A stretch of DNA of 64,000 nt from Candidatus Poribacteria bacterium (GCA_965198235.1 OZ240248.1:2816001-2880000); one strand, 5' to 3'; positions 32,101 to 41,921 are shown, numbered from the stretch's first letter. Numbers and translations: made by a program. The notes: a model not told the origin generated them from the sequence alone.

Positions 32101-33436
32101 CTTCTTTGGCAAAATCTATGGATGTGATGTACGGAGTTGGCAGCCCATCTTTCCTGGAAATGATTTCCCAGTTACGCGTTTGAGGAGAGTAAATCGAAAT
32201 CCCTGCGACCGTTGCCATCCAAAGGTTCCCATCGGGATCACGCGTTAGATAGCGGACATCGTTATCTGCAAGAAAATCGGCTTGCTTGTAGATGGTCCAC
32301 TCGCCACTCACTTTATCAAATCGGCTCACCCCATCTTCCTTACTACCAAACCAAACATCGTTACCTTGTGTCGTAATCCAACTCACATGATTGCTGGACA
32401 ATCCATCTGCCTTGGTGTAGTGCACCCACGTATTGACGGGCTTAATGAATCGATGTACGCCCGCATTGGCAGTTCCAAACCAAACCTGAAACCCATCAGC
32501 GCGGATACAGGTGATCATATTACTTTTCAGCAGATCCGTTTTCGTATATGTTTTGATGAACGTCTGGTCAACTTGATTGTACTGACTGACACCCTCCTTC
32601 TGGGTGCCAAACCAAACGCTGTCATCGTCCACCGCAATCGTAGCAATCTCGCTGTCTATCAAACCATCTGATTTCGTATAGTTATTCCAAGAATCGGTAT
32701 CTCGATGGTAGCGACTTACCCCGCCTCTGCTGAACCTCGGATCTTCATCCCATCCATGCTCATCCGGATTTATTTCCCTGTCGGTGCCGACCCAGACGTA
32801 CTCTGGCTCGACCGCGATTGTTGTAATTACTTTACTGACTAAGCCGTCTTTCCGGGTACGCACCGCCCAACTGTCAATCGTTTTGTCATAACGGTTCAAC
32901 CCGTCGGATGTTCCAAACCAGACGTAATTCCCGTCCACCGCAATAGAGGAGACCTCGTCGCTCGCCAAACCATCAATGGTTCGGAAGGTTGCAAAGGTGT
33001 TTGTCTGCATATCGTAACGGCTCACACCTTCATCCGTGGCGAACCAGACCCATTGCCCATCAACTGCGACGGCATTTACCATATCGTTCGCTAATCCGTC
33101 TTCCATCGTATAGTGTAGCCACTTATCCTGGTGGCGGTCCCAACGAGAAACGCCCCGCGCTGTCGCAATCCATACATTGTCTAAATCCGCAGCAACACAG
33201 TTGACCTCGTTGCTGACGAGCGTCCGTTCCACGGGCCACATCTTTGCAGACCCCGCATCTGTTTGGGAACCTTCATAAGGAACTCCAGATTGTGGATCGG
33301 TGGTTATCAACGGTCCACACCCCACAATCATAAAAAAGGACAGCAGCAATAAGGCACATGCTATCGAAGCAGCGTACAAAGGTCGGCATTTGAGTCCGGC
33401 ATTCCAAGGCTTACTTTCATCTGTTCGCTTCATCAT
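29192..33436 (-). CDS. Giant multi-beta-propeller lipoprotein (two-component-regulator propeller repeats, no kinase)
   Basis: Lipobox-like FMIVGC; dozens of DGLxxxxVxxIxxDxxxVWxGTxxG repeats; ORF open to 33523, start at 33436 chosen from the RBS. Confidence 0.85.
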   Translation of the reverse strand: MMKRTDESKPWNAGLKCRPLYAASIACALLLLSFFMIVGCGPLITTDPQSGVPYEGSQTDAGSAKMWPVERTLVSNEVNCVAADLDNVWIATARGVSRWDRHQDKWLHYTMEDGLANDMVNAVAVDGQWVWFATDEGVSRYDMQTNTFATFRTIDGLASDEVSSIAVDGNYVWFGTSDGLNRYDKTIDSWAVRTRKDGLVSKVITTIAVEPEYVWVGTDREINPDEHGWDEDPRFSRGGVSRYHRDTDSWNNYTKSDGLIDSEIATIAVDDDSVWFGTQKEGVSQYNQVDQTFIKTYTKTDLLKSNMITCIRADGFQVWFGTANAGVHRFIKPVNTWVHYTKADGLSSNHVSWITTQGNDVWFGSKEDGVSRFDKVSGEWTIYKQADFLADNDVRYLTRDPDGNLWMATVAGISIYSPQTRNWEIISRKDGLPTPYITSIDFAKEAISHQQEGVGSSETSSPTAIWIGCDRGLGTRAYLGEEWTFQVPPRTETQGEAFVTSVDTGPASQDHLVWIGTSSGPAVYDTASQAWMQLALPDTPKNLLILSVLAHEERVWFGGAEGVWQYSIADKQMHRVANGLPNPYVNVLLSTDSGEHPSKNTSPTEETLWAGTRRGLARYDSTQQRWTPLSFNDQLPSPNVTALAFQKGILWIGTPQGLGSYTIASDSWNSLSNVPYNVRDILCDADETLWMATDNGLVEYDTQSGREVLHQSRPVREPFLETRVSNIKFDGDYIWLNSWAASPNGALVRFHRPTATWRRFTRLDILQSTQKRSMTLIRWTYVDTDAVWFTTDYGILRYDKMTDTWQHFTTENGLSTNDVNKIAVSEQSVWVIPMIGLELNHYSKATGTWEIVEQEDNREVERVKAIGVDGPNVWFASGRGLTRYNEITREWKDFGPRDGLAGRGGEWITVDDDFIWVARSEWDRGSNRPLSRYDKKTKKWTTFSTNDVLAANTIRRIIATENDVWILYRPWEDAGVTRYDRRNKEWTTIRSGRGTLELAADDDYLWLAAPNEGLRRFHFASGTWATFKDIKGLLHNHVGEYGLAVDEDYVWVGTLRGLSRYDKRKESWTPLAALPTLIGRTVRTVDTDERFVWVGTEEGMSRYDKVLGSWKNYQQEGGSENIETHGGHWHRHRRKKKDCLSDDVVSSIVVDEQYVWVGTRDGANRFDKIALQWDQYKTEHGLPANNVTSVSSDGDSIWVGTNSGIGKYPRTADDLNAWITYTSGTEIQPSAVSKEFAESLVTDQIWCITASKRHVWVGTRRGVSRYDIGRDIWKTITMEDGLASDEVSCIAIDGDNVWFGSDRGVTLYNEKTEVWAAYTTEDGLASNKITIIGVDGAEVWIGTYNAGVSRFDQLTNSWTTYTREDGLAHNGILSMSVDSPYVWFGTYRGLNRFDKRTEIWTTFTESYGPEDILR

Positions 33437-33744
33437 TTCCACCGTTTCCCTTTCACTTAAGTTTGCGTCTCGCAATCTTAAGACTGTTTTCACCATTTTG
33501 TTTCTATTATGCCATAAAAACACTGCATAAGCAAGAAAAGCGCAATTACGGACAGGTTCATTTAACCATCAACATCTCGATTCAGCGATCGCTCTTGCCG
33601 ATCGTCGCTGATTCTCTCACAAAAATCCATCACGGGCCCTTATAACTATGTGACGTATATCATCGGAGCATCCCTTAAAAAAAGTTACCACAAATGTGAT
33701 GTCACCTCTAAACAATTTTGAAGTGTGCACCCATTAAAAAGTAT

Positions 33745-33773
33745 TTGACAAAAATCCCTTGATGCCCTACAGT
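33745..33773 (+). promoter_or_regulatory. sigma70-like promoter
   Basis: TTGACA-17 nt-TACAGT upstream of the amidohydrolase. Confidence 0.5.
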
Positions 33774-33830
33774 AGACTCCAAGAGGCAGACCGAACGATT
33801 TGAATTGACGATAGAGATGGAGGTATTCCT

Positions 33831-34856
33831 ATGCCATTTGGAGACAATGACTGGCTCGCTTTAACCGAGGAGCCGACACTGGAACCGGAGATGCCGATCT
33901 GTGATCCGCACCACCATTTTTGGGATTTCCGAACCGAGCGTATCCCTTATCAACGGTATCTACTCCACGAGTTGATCGCGGACATTGACAGTGGGCACAA
34001 CGTGCGCTCTACCGTGTTTGTTGAGGCAAGAGCAATGTACCGAGCCGATGGACCGGAGGAGATGCGTCCTGTCGGTGAAGTCGAATTCGTGCAAGGATTG
34101 GCAGCTGCGAGCGCGAGTGGTTTATACGGCGAAAGTCGTGCTGCCGCGGCGATCGTCGGACACGCCAACCTGAACTTGGGTGAACGCGTCGAGCCGGTCT
34201 TAGAAGCCTTACAGGCAGCAAGCCCGAATCGGTTTCGGGGTATCCGCCATTCTGCCACCTGGGATCCCCATCCGGAGATAGAAGAAGCTTCCGTTTACAG
34301 AAAAGAGGGGCAACTGGCGCGTGAAGATTTCCGTGCCGGTGCACGGGTGCTGGCAGGCATGGGCATGTCTTTTGAGGCTTGGATGTATTTCCCACAACTC
34401 CCTGAACTCGCTGATTTCGCGAGAGCAGTGCCCGACTTGACAATTATCTCAAACCATATCGGCGGTTTGCTGCGGGTCGGTCCCTATGGTGGCAGAGATG
34501 ACGAAGTGTTGGCGAATTGGCGAAACGGTATCGCCGCAGTAGCGGCTTGTCCGAACGTTCACATGAAACTCGGAGGCATCGGAATGCCGCGCACCGGTTT
34601 CGATTGGCATGAACGGGAACAGCCGATCGGTTCTGAAGAGTTAGCCGAGTCTATGGCACCCTTTATGAATTACTGTATTGAGCAGTTCGGTCCAGAGCGG
34701 TGCATGTTTGAAAGCAACTTCCCAGTTGACAAGGTTTCGTTCTCCTACAACGTGATGTATAATGCGTTCAAACGGTTGTCATCTGGGTATTCGGACGATG
34801 AACGCGCCGCGCTGTTCCACGATACTGCTGCTCGTGTGTACCGGATAGAGGTTTGA
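33831..34856 (+). CDS. Amidohydrolase_2 family protein
   Basis: ICDPHHHFWD, FRGIRH, MFESNFPVD. Confidence 0.9.
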   Translation: MPFGDNDWLALTEEPTLEPEMPICDPHHHFWDFRTERIPYQRYLLHELIADIDSGHNVRSTVFVEARAMYRADGPEEMRPVGEVEFVQGLAAASASGLYGESRAAAAIVGHANLNLGERVEPVLEALQAASPNRFRGIRHSATWDPHPEIEEASVYRKEGQLAREDFRAGARVLAGMGMSFEAWMYFPQLPELADFARAVPDLTIISNHIGGLLRVGPYGGRDDEVLANWRNGIAAVAACPNVHMKLGGIGMPRTGFDWHEREQPIGSEELAESMAPFMNYCIEQFGPERCMFESNFPVDKVSFSYNVMYNAFKRLSSGYSDDERAALFHDTAARVYRIEV

Positions 34857-34905
34857 GAAAGCGTGAAAGCGTCTAATCCTGCACATCCGCAATTTGGAGA
34901 GATGA

Positions 34906-35163
34906 CTAATAGACATCGCTCCGGTGCCCAACTTCATGCACAAAAACCTCTTGGGTACTTGCCTTGAAAGAATATAGGACTCGGTAATCTTTGGCAACTG
35001 TTAGACTGAATTTGCCTCTGTGTATACCTTTCAGTGCCTTTTTGGGGTGTTCATCCCAATTTGCACATAACTTTTCCAGTTTTTCGAGGACTCGAGCCCG
35101 GATTGTGGGATGTAAACGCCGTATATCCGATCTCGCCCGGGATTTTAGCGTTAACGTGTACAT
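34906..35163 (-). CDS. RelE/ParE family toxin
   Basis: 85 aa, basic; KALKG...DYRVLY...VGHRSDVY. Confidence 0.85.
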   Translation of the reverse strand: MYTLTLKSRARSDIRRLHPTIRARVLEKLEKLCANWDEHPKKALKGIHRGKFSLTVAKDYRVLYSFKASTQEVFVHEVGHRSDVY

Positions 35164-35846
35164 TTCAATTTTATCCCGAACTCTTTGGCAACCTCTTCAA
35201 GTGGAATCAGTTTTGCTGTTCCTGCTTCGATCTCCGCTATGCTTTGATCAATCCTCTCAATAACTTCTGGGCGAAACTCCAATTCTTCGTCCGGATCGTA
35301 GTGGTAGTCCTCAAAGGCGACCTCCAAGAGTTCATAAGCGACGTAAAGTTCTCGAAATGCCAGATCCAACGCCTGATCTGTCGGATTCCGCTTAAGTAAC
35401 GCGACGAGCCGCTCCCGTACCGGGAAGAGCTCTTCGGTGACAAGGGAGTGGAGCAGCGTTCGGTATTCATCGGGTGGCAACTCGGCGATTTTCTTCTCTG
35501 GCATCGGATCGCTATTTAGGTAAATTCCCATCCGTCTGAAGTTACGCTCTTTGAGCGTTGTTTTCCGGTTGGCGAGAATATATTCACGTTGTCGTTTTAG
35601 TTTTTTGGCGAGCGGTGTATCTGGTGTAAGCCCTTTAAGTGGGTCTTCCTCGTAGTCCTCTAACCAATAGGCGAAATCCACGTAGTCACCCTGAAAATGA
35701 AAGAATTCTGCCTCCAATGCCTCTTGCGGGCTATTTTTTTTCAGCAATGCTGCAAGGCGTTCCCGCGATTTAAACAACTCTTCGTTGACGAGCGTGTGGA
35801 GCAACTCGCGGAGTTCGGTAGGGTTCATTTCGGTAATATTTTTCAT
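35151..35846 (-). CDS. Putative antitoxin with internal tandem duplication
   Basis: Overlaps the toxin start; acidic; ends LIPLEEVAKEFGI; two copies of a 60-aa unit. Confidence 0.7.
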   Translation of the reverse strand: MKNITEMNPTELRELLHTLVNEELFKSRERLAALLKKNSPQEALEAEFFHFQGDYVDFAYWLEDYEEDPLKGLTPDTPLAKKLKRQREYILANRKTTLKERNFRRMGIYLNSDPMPEKKIAELPPDEYRTLLHSLVTEELFPVRERLVALLKRNPTDQALDLAFRELYVAYELLEVAFEDYHYDPDEELEFRPEVIERIDQSIAEIEAGTAKLIPLEEVAKEFGIKLKCTR

Positions 35847-36038
35847 GATGTCCTCCGTATGCTTTACAACCTTAGCGTTAAGTATAACACAAAGCCTAAT
35901 TGATGTCCAATACAGAAGCGTTGAATTCGCGTGATCTTAGGCTGCGTAAGAGCGAAAGGCGTATGGTCTTACTATGAAATTCGGTTAATCCCTTTCACAA
36001 AACATGGTATCCTTATACACAAAGAAAGGAGTATCTCA

Positions 36039-36128
36039 ATGGCGAAAAAAGAATCTCGTCGCGTCAAAACATTGAGTGGATTTATGAAGTGGGTTGCCCA
36101 ATTCAACACTCATCTTGAATCAACTTGA
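36039..36128 (+). pseudogene. N-terminal gene remnant, possibly FRG-domain protein
   Basis: Strong RBS AAGGAG then ATG; MAKKESRRVKTLSGFMKWVAQFN runs into the convergent gene. Confidence 0.35.
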
Positions 36129-38586
36129 ACTTATGCGCCGCCTCTTCCACTCCAACGAAACGGCTATAAATCGCCACGCGACTGAGCTTACCTTCCCAAT
36201 TCCTGCCACCACTCGCTTCATCACCGAACAGCAACGGATAGAGTTCCCAATTGCTGAAATCCCCTTGCGTTCCATTGCTAACGTAGACGAGTTCACCATC
36301 AATATAGCAGTAGACGTTCCGGTCAAAATAACTAACGATGATGTGCATCGGTTTTCCCGATTCAATCTTACCGAAAGAAAACTCGCCACCTAACGCATTC
36401 GTCCCGGTCCTCGGTGTCCGGATTCTCATAGCAAAACGGTTGCCATCTTGTCCCAAAGTAAAGTTACGATGGGTCGCGTCGTTCGAGAACGAGATAATCC
36501 GCGCGGGACCACTCTGATCCAGGTTATCCGTCGTAACGAGACACTCAAGCGTCAATTGGTTGCTTGCCTGACATGCTTCCAGAAGTTTGTCATTCACGCT
36601 TTTGGTGAGGAATGCACCACCAGTGAGATCCATCTGTCCGTCCTCGCCGATTTTCGCATCGCCACGGGGTTCAATTTCCCCACTATCCTCAAGCGCGCCG
36701 TGCCAGAGAAAAACAAGTCCCTCGCGCGAACCGGGGAATTCCGTGTGCGTCCCGATGTCAGCCGGTGCCTCTGGTGATACATGGATCGCAAGGGATGTCG
36801 TTGACGTGTCACCCTCCGGATCCATCACCGTGAGCGTTACGATGTACTGTCCGAGGCTTTCGTAGACGTGCATTGGATTCGATTCGGTGGATGTTGTGCT
36901 GTCTCCAAAATTCCAGTGGTGTGCCAGGTCCCCTGCCGCTGAGAAATTCACTGTAAGCGGGGCACTGCCTTGCAACACATCAGCGGAGGCTTTTGCCTCT
37001 GGACGGAGTTTCTCACCCGGTGAGTATGGCGTAAAGCGATACGCAACCCCGTTATGCGGCGAAGCGAATGTATATACTCCGGGTTGTGCCGTGCCAACAG
37101 GGACAATCTTCATGTTCCACGTATCCACGCGATCGACTTTATAGGGCTGTTCCCCTTTCAAGTCCAGTGTCATCGTTTGTGGTTCGGTTGTGTAGGTAAG
37201 GTAGTATTCTCCATGTTTCGCGAGGATATACCGTCCCTTGTCATCACCGATCGGCTCAAGCGTATCAAAGGCTGGCGCGTTTGCCATAAAGCCCTTGAGG
37301 AACGCGATCCGCGATGGACTTTCACCCCGCAGTACGCCACCTTTCGCCCACCAGAGGAGATCTTCCGGGTGTTTGTATGTCTCTCCATGCCCGACATAGC
37401 ATCCAGAGACCGTTCCAGCCCAGAAGTGCTGGACCATCTCTTCAGCGGTGATATTTCCCCACCCCTGTGGAATATCGCCCTCATAGCGACACTCATCATA
37501 GATAACAGGTTTTCCGTATTGCGTGCGATAGCGGATGCCTTGCGCCATGTTGGACGTTTGGATACTGGTGTGTGTTACCCACGGCTTATTGTGGTCATAC
37601 CAACGTCTGCCGTTGTGAATTCCGCGCAACCGCTGATACGGGTCTTCGCTTTGGATAATCTGGAAAAACCGATCCCAGTCTAATTCCTCTTTCGCAGGCA
37701 TAAAATCGTATTCATTTGCGAGGGACCACCAGACGTTTCGGAACGCCGCCAGTCGCGCAACGGCGTAACGGATGTATCGATCATCGCTTTCAGCATCCAT
37801 ATTCTCGAAATCCCATCGGTCGTAGGTGTGAAAGAGGATGATGTCTGCCTCAATACCGAGGTCCAATAGGTCTTGCACCCGCTGCTCAAAATGATGCCAA
37901 AATTCAGGATTGAATCTGCTGAAATCCCAATTCGTCAGCGGTTTCCCTTCAAATGGATAGTAGATCGGCTCATTTTTATTATAAGCGTAGTCTTTTGGAA
38001 AGATGCACATCCGCATCTTGTTGAACGGTGCCTCGGCGAGAGTTTCGAGCGTCTGTTGCTCCATCGCTTCCCCTTGATGTGCCCAAGCATAACAGGTCGT
38101 TCCGAATTGATGGTAGGGTGTGCCATCGGTATATTGCAAGTAGAAATTTTTATAGACGCTGACAGGTCCGTGGTTTCCATCGGACGGCGCAACGCACATA
38201 AACTGCCCTGTCTTACCGTTGAGTTCAGTGGTGTTACTTTTTGTGGTATAAGTCCATTCACCGACTTCGTTGGGCATAAATCGGATTTTATAAATACCAT
38301 CTCCGTCGTAGAACCCGTGTGGCTCGAACGTCTGTTCCCCATTTGTATCACGGTGTTTAAATTCTGCTGTTAATTCAACCTCAGTGAACGGATTCCCTGT
38401 GCTCGGTCCATTCAAAGCTACTTCATACACTCCCCAGCATTCAACCATATTCACCTCCGATTTTGGCGCAGCTTGCAGGTTTCCAAAACTTGCTGTTAAA
38501 AAGTGCGTGTTTGCGAGCGAAAACGCAACCGCAAAAATCACTATAGGCAAAATGTCCCTCACCATTAAGTGCCTCCATAAGCGCAA
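36103..38586 (-). CDS. Secreted DUF5060/DUF4038 (apiosidase-like) glycoside hydrolase with PKD and LamG-like domains
   Basis: GNPFTEV, GFYDGDG, GTTCYAW, WWSLANEYD, YVGHGETY; WNFGD PKD motif; LamG-like C-terminus. Confidence 0.8.
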   Translation of the reverse strand: MRLWRHLMVRDILPIVIFAVAFSLANTHFLTASFGNLQAAPKSEVNMVECWGVYEVALNGPSTGNPFTEVELTAEFKHRDTNGEQTFEPHGFYDGDGIYKIRFMPNEVGEWTYTTKSNTTELNGKTGQFMCVAPSDGNHGPVSVYKNFYLQYTDGTPYHQFGTTCYAWAHQGEAMEQQTLETLAEAPFNKMRMCIFPKDYAYNKNEPIYYPFEGKPLTNWDFSRFNPEFWHHFEQRVQDLLDLGIEADIILFHTYDRWDFENMDAESDDRYIRYAVARLAAFRNVWWSLANEYDFMPAKEELDWDRFFQIIQSEDPYQRLRGIHNGRRWYDHNKPWVTHTSIQTSNMAQGIRYRTQYGKPVIYDECRYEGDIPQGWGNITAEEMVQHFWAGTVSGCYVGHGETYKHPEDLLWWAKGGVLRGESPSRIAFLKGFMANAPAFDTLEPIGDDKGRYILAKHGEYYLTYTTEPQTMTLDLKGEQPYKVDRVDTWNMKIVPVGTAQPGVYTFASPHNGVAYRFTPYSPGEKLRPEAKASADVLQGSAPLTVNFSAAGDLAHHWNFGDSTTSTESNPMHVYESLGQYIVTLTVMDPEGDTSTTSLAIHVSPEAPADIGTHTEFPGSREGLVFLWHGALEDSGEIEPRGDAKIGEDGQMDLTGGAFLTKSVNDKLLEACQASNQLTLECLVTTDNLDQSGPARIISFSNDATHRNFTLGQDGNRFAMRIRTPRTGTNALGGEFSFGKIESGKPMHIIVSYFDRNVYCYIDGELVYVSNGTQGDFSNWELYPLLFGDEASGGRNWEGKLSRVAIYSRFVGVEEAAHKFKLIQDEC

Positions 38587-38712
38587 AAAAAAGTTGTCAA
38601 TTTCACAGAAAAGTTATATGATATCCATAGAGAACCCCCTGTGTCAGGGTTTAGGTTGCCTCATTATACCAAAGAGGTGCTCTTTCTACCATATTTTTAT
38701 GGAACTCACGTT

Positions 38713-38836
38713 TTATAGTAAAGCCCGAAAATATGTAGACAGTTGCTCAGTTTCCAACGAACCCCGCACCACCGCTGGCAAGGTTTCCTAACCTCGCCTA
38801 CTGCCAATGTCCAAGTAATTATAGGCTTTACTATAA
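38713..38836. mobile_element. Second MITE-like element (different family)
   Basis: 13-bp TIRs TTATAGTAAAGCC / GGCTTTACTATAA; 124 bp; non-coding. Confidence 0.55.
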
Positions 38837-38951
38837 TGGAAAGATCCATTTCGTACTGTTGCGTGGCTCCGGTGAGCCATTTTCCAAAGCAGGTGTCGAA
38901 TTAGTGACCGTATATGATGCCCTATATGCTGAAGATAGAAAGGATATTCAA

Positions 38952-40097
38952 ATGATTTATCAATCTCTGGCTGAAGTGCGGAAAACGCTCTATGTAAAAT
39001 GGTACCGGAGCAAAGTAGACCCCACAACCTTACGGAATCTATCAAAACGAAGCGACTTGCAAGGCTGGTTTCAGGCAGGCGGACATCTTGCCCTCTGGCT
39101 ATTGACGGGTAGTTTGGTCTATCTCTTTTGGTCGCAAGCGATGTGGCTCGGCTTTTTCATTGCCCTATTTGTGCATGGCACGGTCGCCAGTTTTTTTAAA
39201 GGGACAGCCAATCACGAATTGGGACACGGCACCGTATTTCGTACCAAGTGGCTGAACAAATTTTTTCTTTACCTGCTTAGCCTCATAAGTTGGTGGGATC
39301 ATTTTGACTACGCCAGTAGCCATACCTATCATCATCGCTACACGTTATACCCAGAAGGGGATCGAGAAAACCTTCTCCCGCTTGAACCAAAGCTGGGTTC
39401 CCTGTTCGTTCTTCAACTGTTTACCATAAATTTGCTCACGCAACCCGGTCGCACCTTCAGCAAAGGCGGTCTTATTGCTGCGGTTATTTGCACCCTCCGT
39501 AGTGCCTTTGGCAAAGAAGGACCGCCAGACATTCCCAGTCAGGAGTGGCTGGCATCATTACATGTCGACCAACCCGAAGAGCATAAAAGTTCGATGTGGT
39601 GGTCTCGGATTCTACTCCTTTTTCACGGTACCCTGCTTGTCGTTTCACTCGCCACAGGTTATTGGGTTTTTCCGCTCATCATTACTGCCAGCGCATTTAT
39701 TGCAAACTGGGGATCCTACGCCGTTTCTATGCCCCAACATTGTGGTTTAAAAGAAAATGACCCTGACTTCCGCAAATGCGCACGGTCAATCCAGCTCAAT
39801 CCCGTGGCAGAGTTTTTGTATTGGCGTATGAATTGGCACATTGAGCATCATATGTTTGCAGGAGTGCCCTGCTACAATTTGAAAAAATTGCATCATCTAA
39901 TTGCCGAAGATATGCCCAAACCGCGCACGCTTTTAGGAGCTTGGCGAGAAATGCGCGAAACGTGGCAACGACAGAAAGCTGATCCTGACTACTTTTTTGA
40001 TACGCTGCTTCCGCCAACGGCTAAGCATATACCCCCCGAAGTATCCGATATTCTGGAAAGTTCCATTGGGGAATTGGCACCTAAAGGCTTAAAATAA
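38952..40097 (+). CDS. Fatty acid desaturase family membrane di-iron protein
   Basis: His boxes HELGH, HTYHH and HIEHH. Confidence 0.88.
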   Translation: MIYQSLAEVRKTLYVKWYRSKVDPTTLRNLSKRSDLQGWFQAGGHLALWLLTGSLVYLFWSQAMWLGFFIALFVHGTVASFFKGTANHELGHGTVFRTKWLNKFFLYLLSLISWWDHFDYASSHTYHHRYTLYPEGDRENLLPLEPKLGSLFVLQLFTINLLTQPGRTFSKGGLIAAVICTLRSAFGKEGPPDIPSQEWLASLHVDQPEEHKSSMWWSRILLLFHGTLLVVSLATGYWVFPLIITASAFIANWGSYAVSMPQHCGLKENDPDFRKCARSIQLNPVAEFLYWRMNWHIEHHMFAGVPCYNLKKLHHLIAEDMPKPRTLLGAWREMRETWQRQKADPDYFFDTLLPPTAKHIPPEVSDILESSIGELAPKGLK

Positions 40098-40140
40098 GGA
40101 GCCTATAAAAACGTGAGTTCGATAAAAAAATAGGAGAGTA

Positions 40141-41088
40141 TTATCTTCTCGGTGGTTTAATCATTAGATTTTCAATGATACGTACAAACTCGCTATCTGA
40201 TAACCGAACTTCCAAATAAGACCGGAAACCGGATTTCATCTCCCATTCATACCCATTCGATAATCTGCCTTTGCCTTCTGTAACCCCAGTGAAATAGTCC
40301 CCAAGCCCCCGCACACCGTATAAGACTGCAAGTTGGTCCCAACTGGAGCGTCCCTTGTACTGCCCGTTGAATCGCTGATAAAACGCCTCCCTCACAGGAT
40401 TTTCAGCAGGTGTCTCTGAGAGCCTCGCTCCAGTATGGACAGACTCTCCGTGCTGGCTGATAACAAGCGGTGTGGGCCAATTGTGGATAACATACTCCGA
40501 CTTATCAATCAGACCGTGACGAACCGTGTTGTAAGGATCGTCGATAAGCACCGCCATCACCACGAGTTGGGTAACCTTTTGGGCAACGAGGTCAGGATCG
40601 GCTTTCAGGAGATCGTAGAGATTGTTGAGAAACCCGACGCTGATAATCGTCACTGAGTTATCCGATTGTTCACTCAGCACTTGTAGATAAAGCTCCAAAG
40701 AACTGGGTGTTGGAATGGTCGGGAGATTATGTGGAAAATTAGCCGCGATGCCATCCAAATAACTCGATTCATCAGGATTGGCGAGATCGCCCTTATAAAC
40801 ACCAATGGGAATGTCACCCCGGTTGTACCATGTATTTATCGCACAAATGGTGCCAGCACCTCTCGGATGTACTTCATTGAAACTGATCGCGAGGATTTCA
40901 GCTTCTCCGTTATCTGCAAGCGCGTGCAGCACAGCCAATGCCCCGACATCATCTACGTCGGTACACATATCGGTCTCAAATATTATCTTTTTCGGATTCA
41001 TTTTCTCAGTACCTTCTGCGAGCAAATTGGATGGTGTCATTATCATAGTAAAAACCGTCAATAGTGTCACAAGATACGAAACTTTCAA
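40141..41088 (-). CDS. Nucleoside hydrolase (IU-NH) family protein, secreted
   Basis: IIFETDMCTDVDDVGAL, SSWDQ; signal peptide. Confidence 0.8.
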   Translation of the reverse strand: MKVSYLVTLLTVFTMIMTPSNLLAEGTEKMNPKKIIFETDMCTDVDDVGALAVLHALADNGEAEILAISFNEVHPRGAGTICAINTWYNRGDIPIGVYKGDLANPDESSYLDGIAANFPHNLPTIPTPSSLELYLQVLSEQSDNSVTIISVGFLNNLYDLLKADPDLVAQKVTQLVVMAVLIDDPYNTVRHGLIDKSEYVIHNWPTPLVISQHGESVHTGARLSETPAENPVREAFYQRFNGQYKGRSSWDQLAVLYGVRGLGDYFTGVTEGKGRLSNGYEWEMKSGFRSYLEVRLSDSEFVRIIENLMIKPPRR

Positions 41089-41585
41089 AGTTTGCTCCTA
41101 ATAAAGGAAGAATGAGTCCTGCATTTATGCCCTGGCACTGTCAGTCCCCTCGAAACACGTTCGTGTGCTTCCTCTAAAAGTCGCTCACACTTCGCTTTAT
41201 TGTAGGCATAGGGGAAAGATGGCAGAGGCTCCCACGCTGCGTCCTCACGAATAGGGTAGTGCCGCGCAGGTTTCGTATAAACATCGACTGTACTACAAAA
41301 AATGAATTGCCCAATACTGCCGCGAAACGCACGTATTGCACTCTCAATATCAGCGGGAACAAAACCGATCATGTCGATGACAGCGTCGAAATTCCCTGCT
41401 TCCGCCATCTGTGCTTCAAAAACCGCGTAGTCTTTCCGATTGCCAATAATGGTGTCATACCCCTCTGGAATATCAGCCTCAGTCTGTCCACGGTTGTAGA
41501 GTGTCACATCGTCCCCACGCACAATGAGGGCGCGAGTAATTACCGTGCTAATCAGTCCCGTGCCACCAATAATCAAAACCCGCAT
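41085..41585 (-). pseudogene. NAD-dependent epimerase/dehydratase, C-terminally truncated
   Basis: IIGGTGLIS, FCSTVDVY, YAYNK; similarity ends after about 145 aa. Confidence 0.75.
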
Positions 41586-41810
41586 GAATGTCTCCAATCT
41601 CCTTGAAAGATGAAAATTTCTTTCTACTGTTCAGTATACACGGTAGGTGCAGTTTGCAGCTGCATCAGGTTAAAATTCAGATTTATTTCAAATCATGCAC
41701 TTTTTCCAGTCCGAAATTGTGTCCTTAACGAACAATCAATTATATTGGAAAATTAACGAATGTCAAGAGATTCTGTGTTTTGCGATACTATTAATTAATC
41801 ATATTTGTTG

Positions 41811-41921
41811 GCAAATTCCGTGCCGATTTGAATGATACCACACTCGAAACCTTTGGCAAAGTCCTGAGAAAAACCGCACGAAATAGGGCATCCCTTATGT
41901 CCAATTGCACGAAATAGGGCA
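41811..41921 (-). promoter_or_regulatory. sigma54 promoter with paired enhancer-like sites (copy A)
   Basis: Minus strand GGCACGGAATTTGC at 41824-41811; GCACGAAATAGGGCA at 41876 and 41907. Confidence 0.65.

Noticed and set aside
29135-32671. Several 100-260 aa alternative ORFs overlapping the propeller gene
   Set aside because: Antisense or shifted-frame shadows of a long repetitive CDS with no recognisable motifs
29192-33436. Hybrid two-component sensor kinase
   Set aside because: Only propeller repeats; no TM, HisKA, HATPase or receiver motifs
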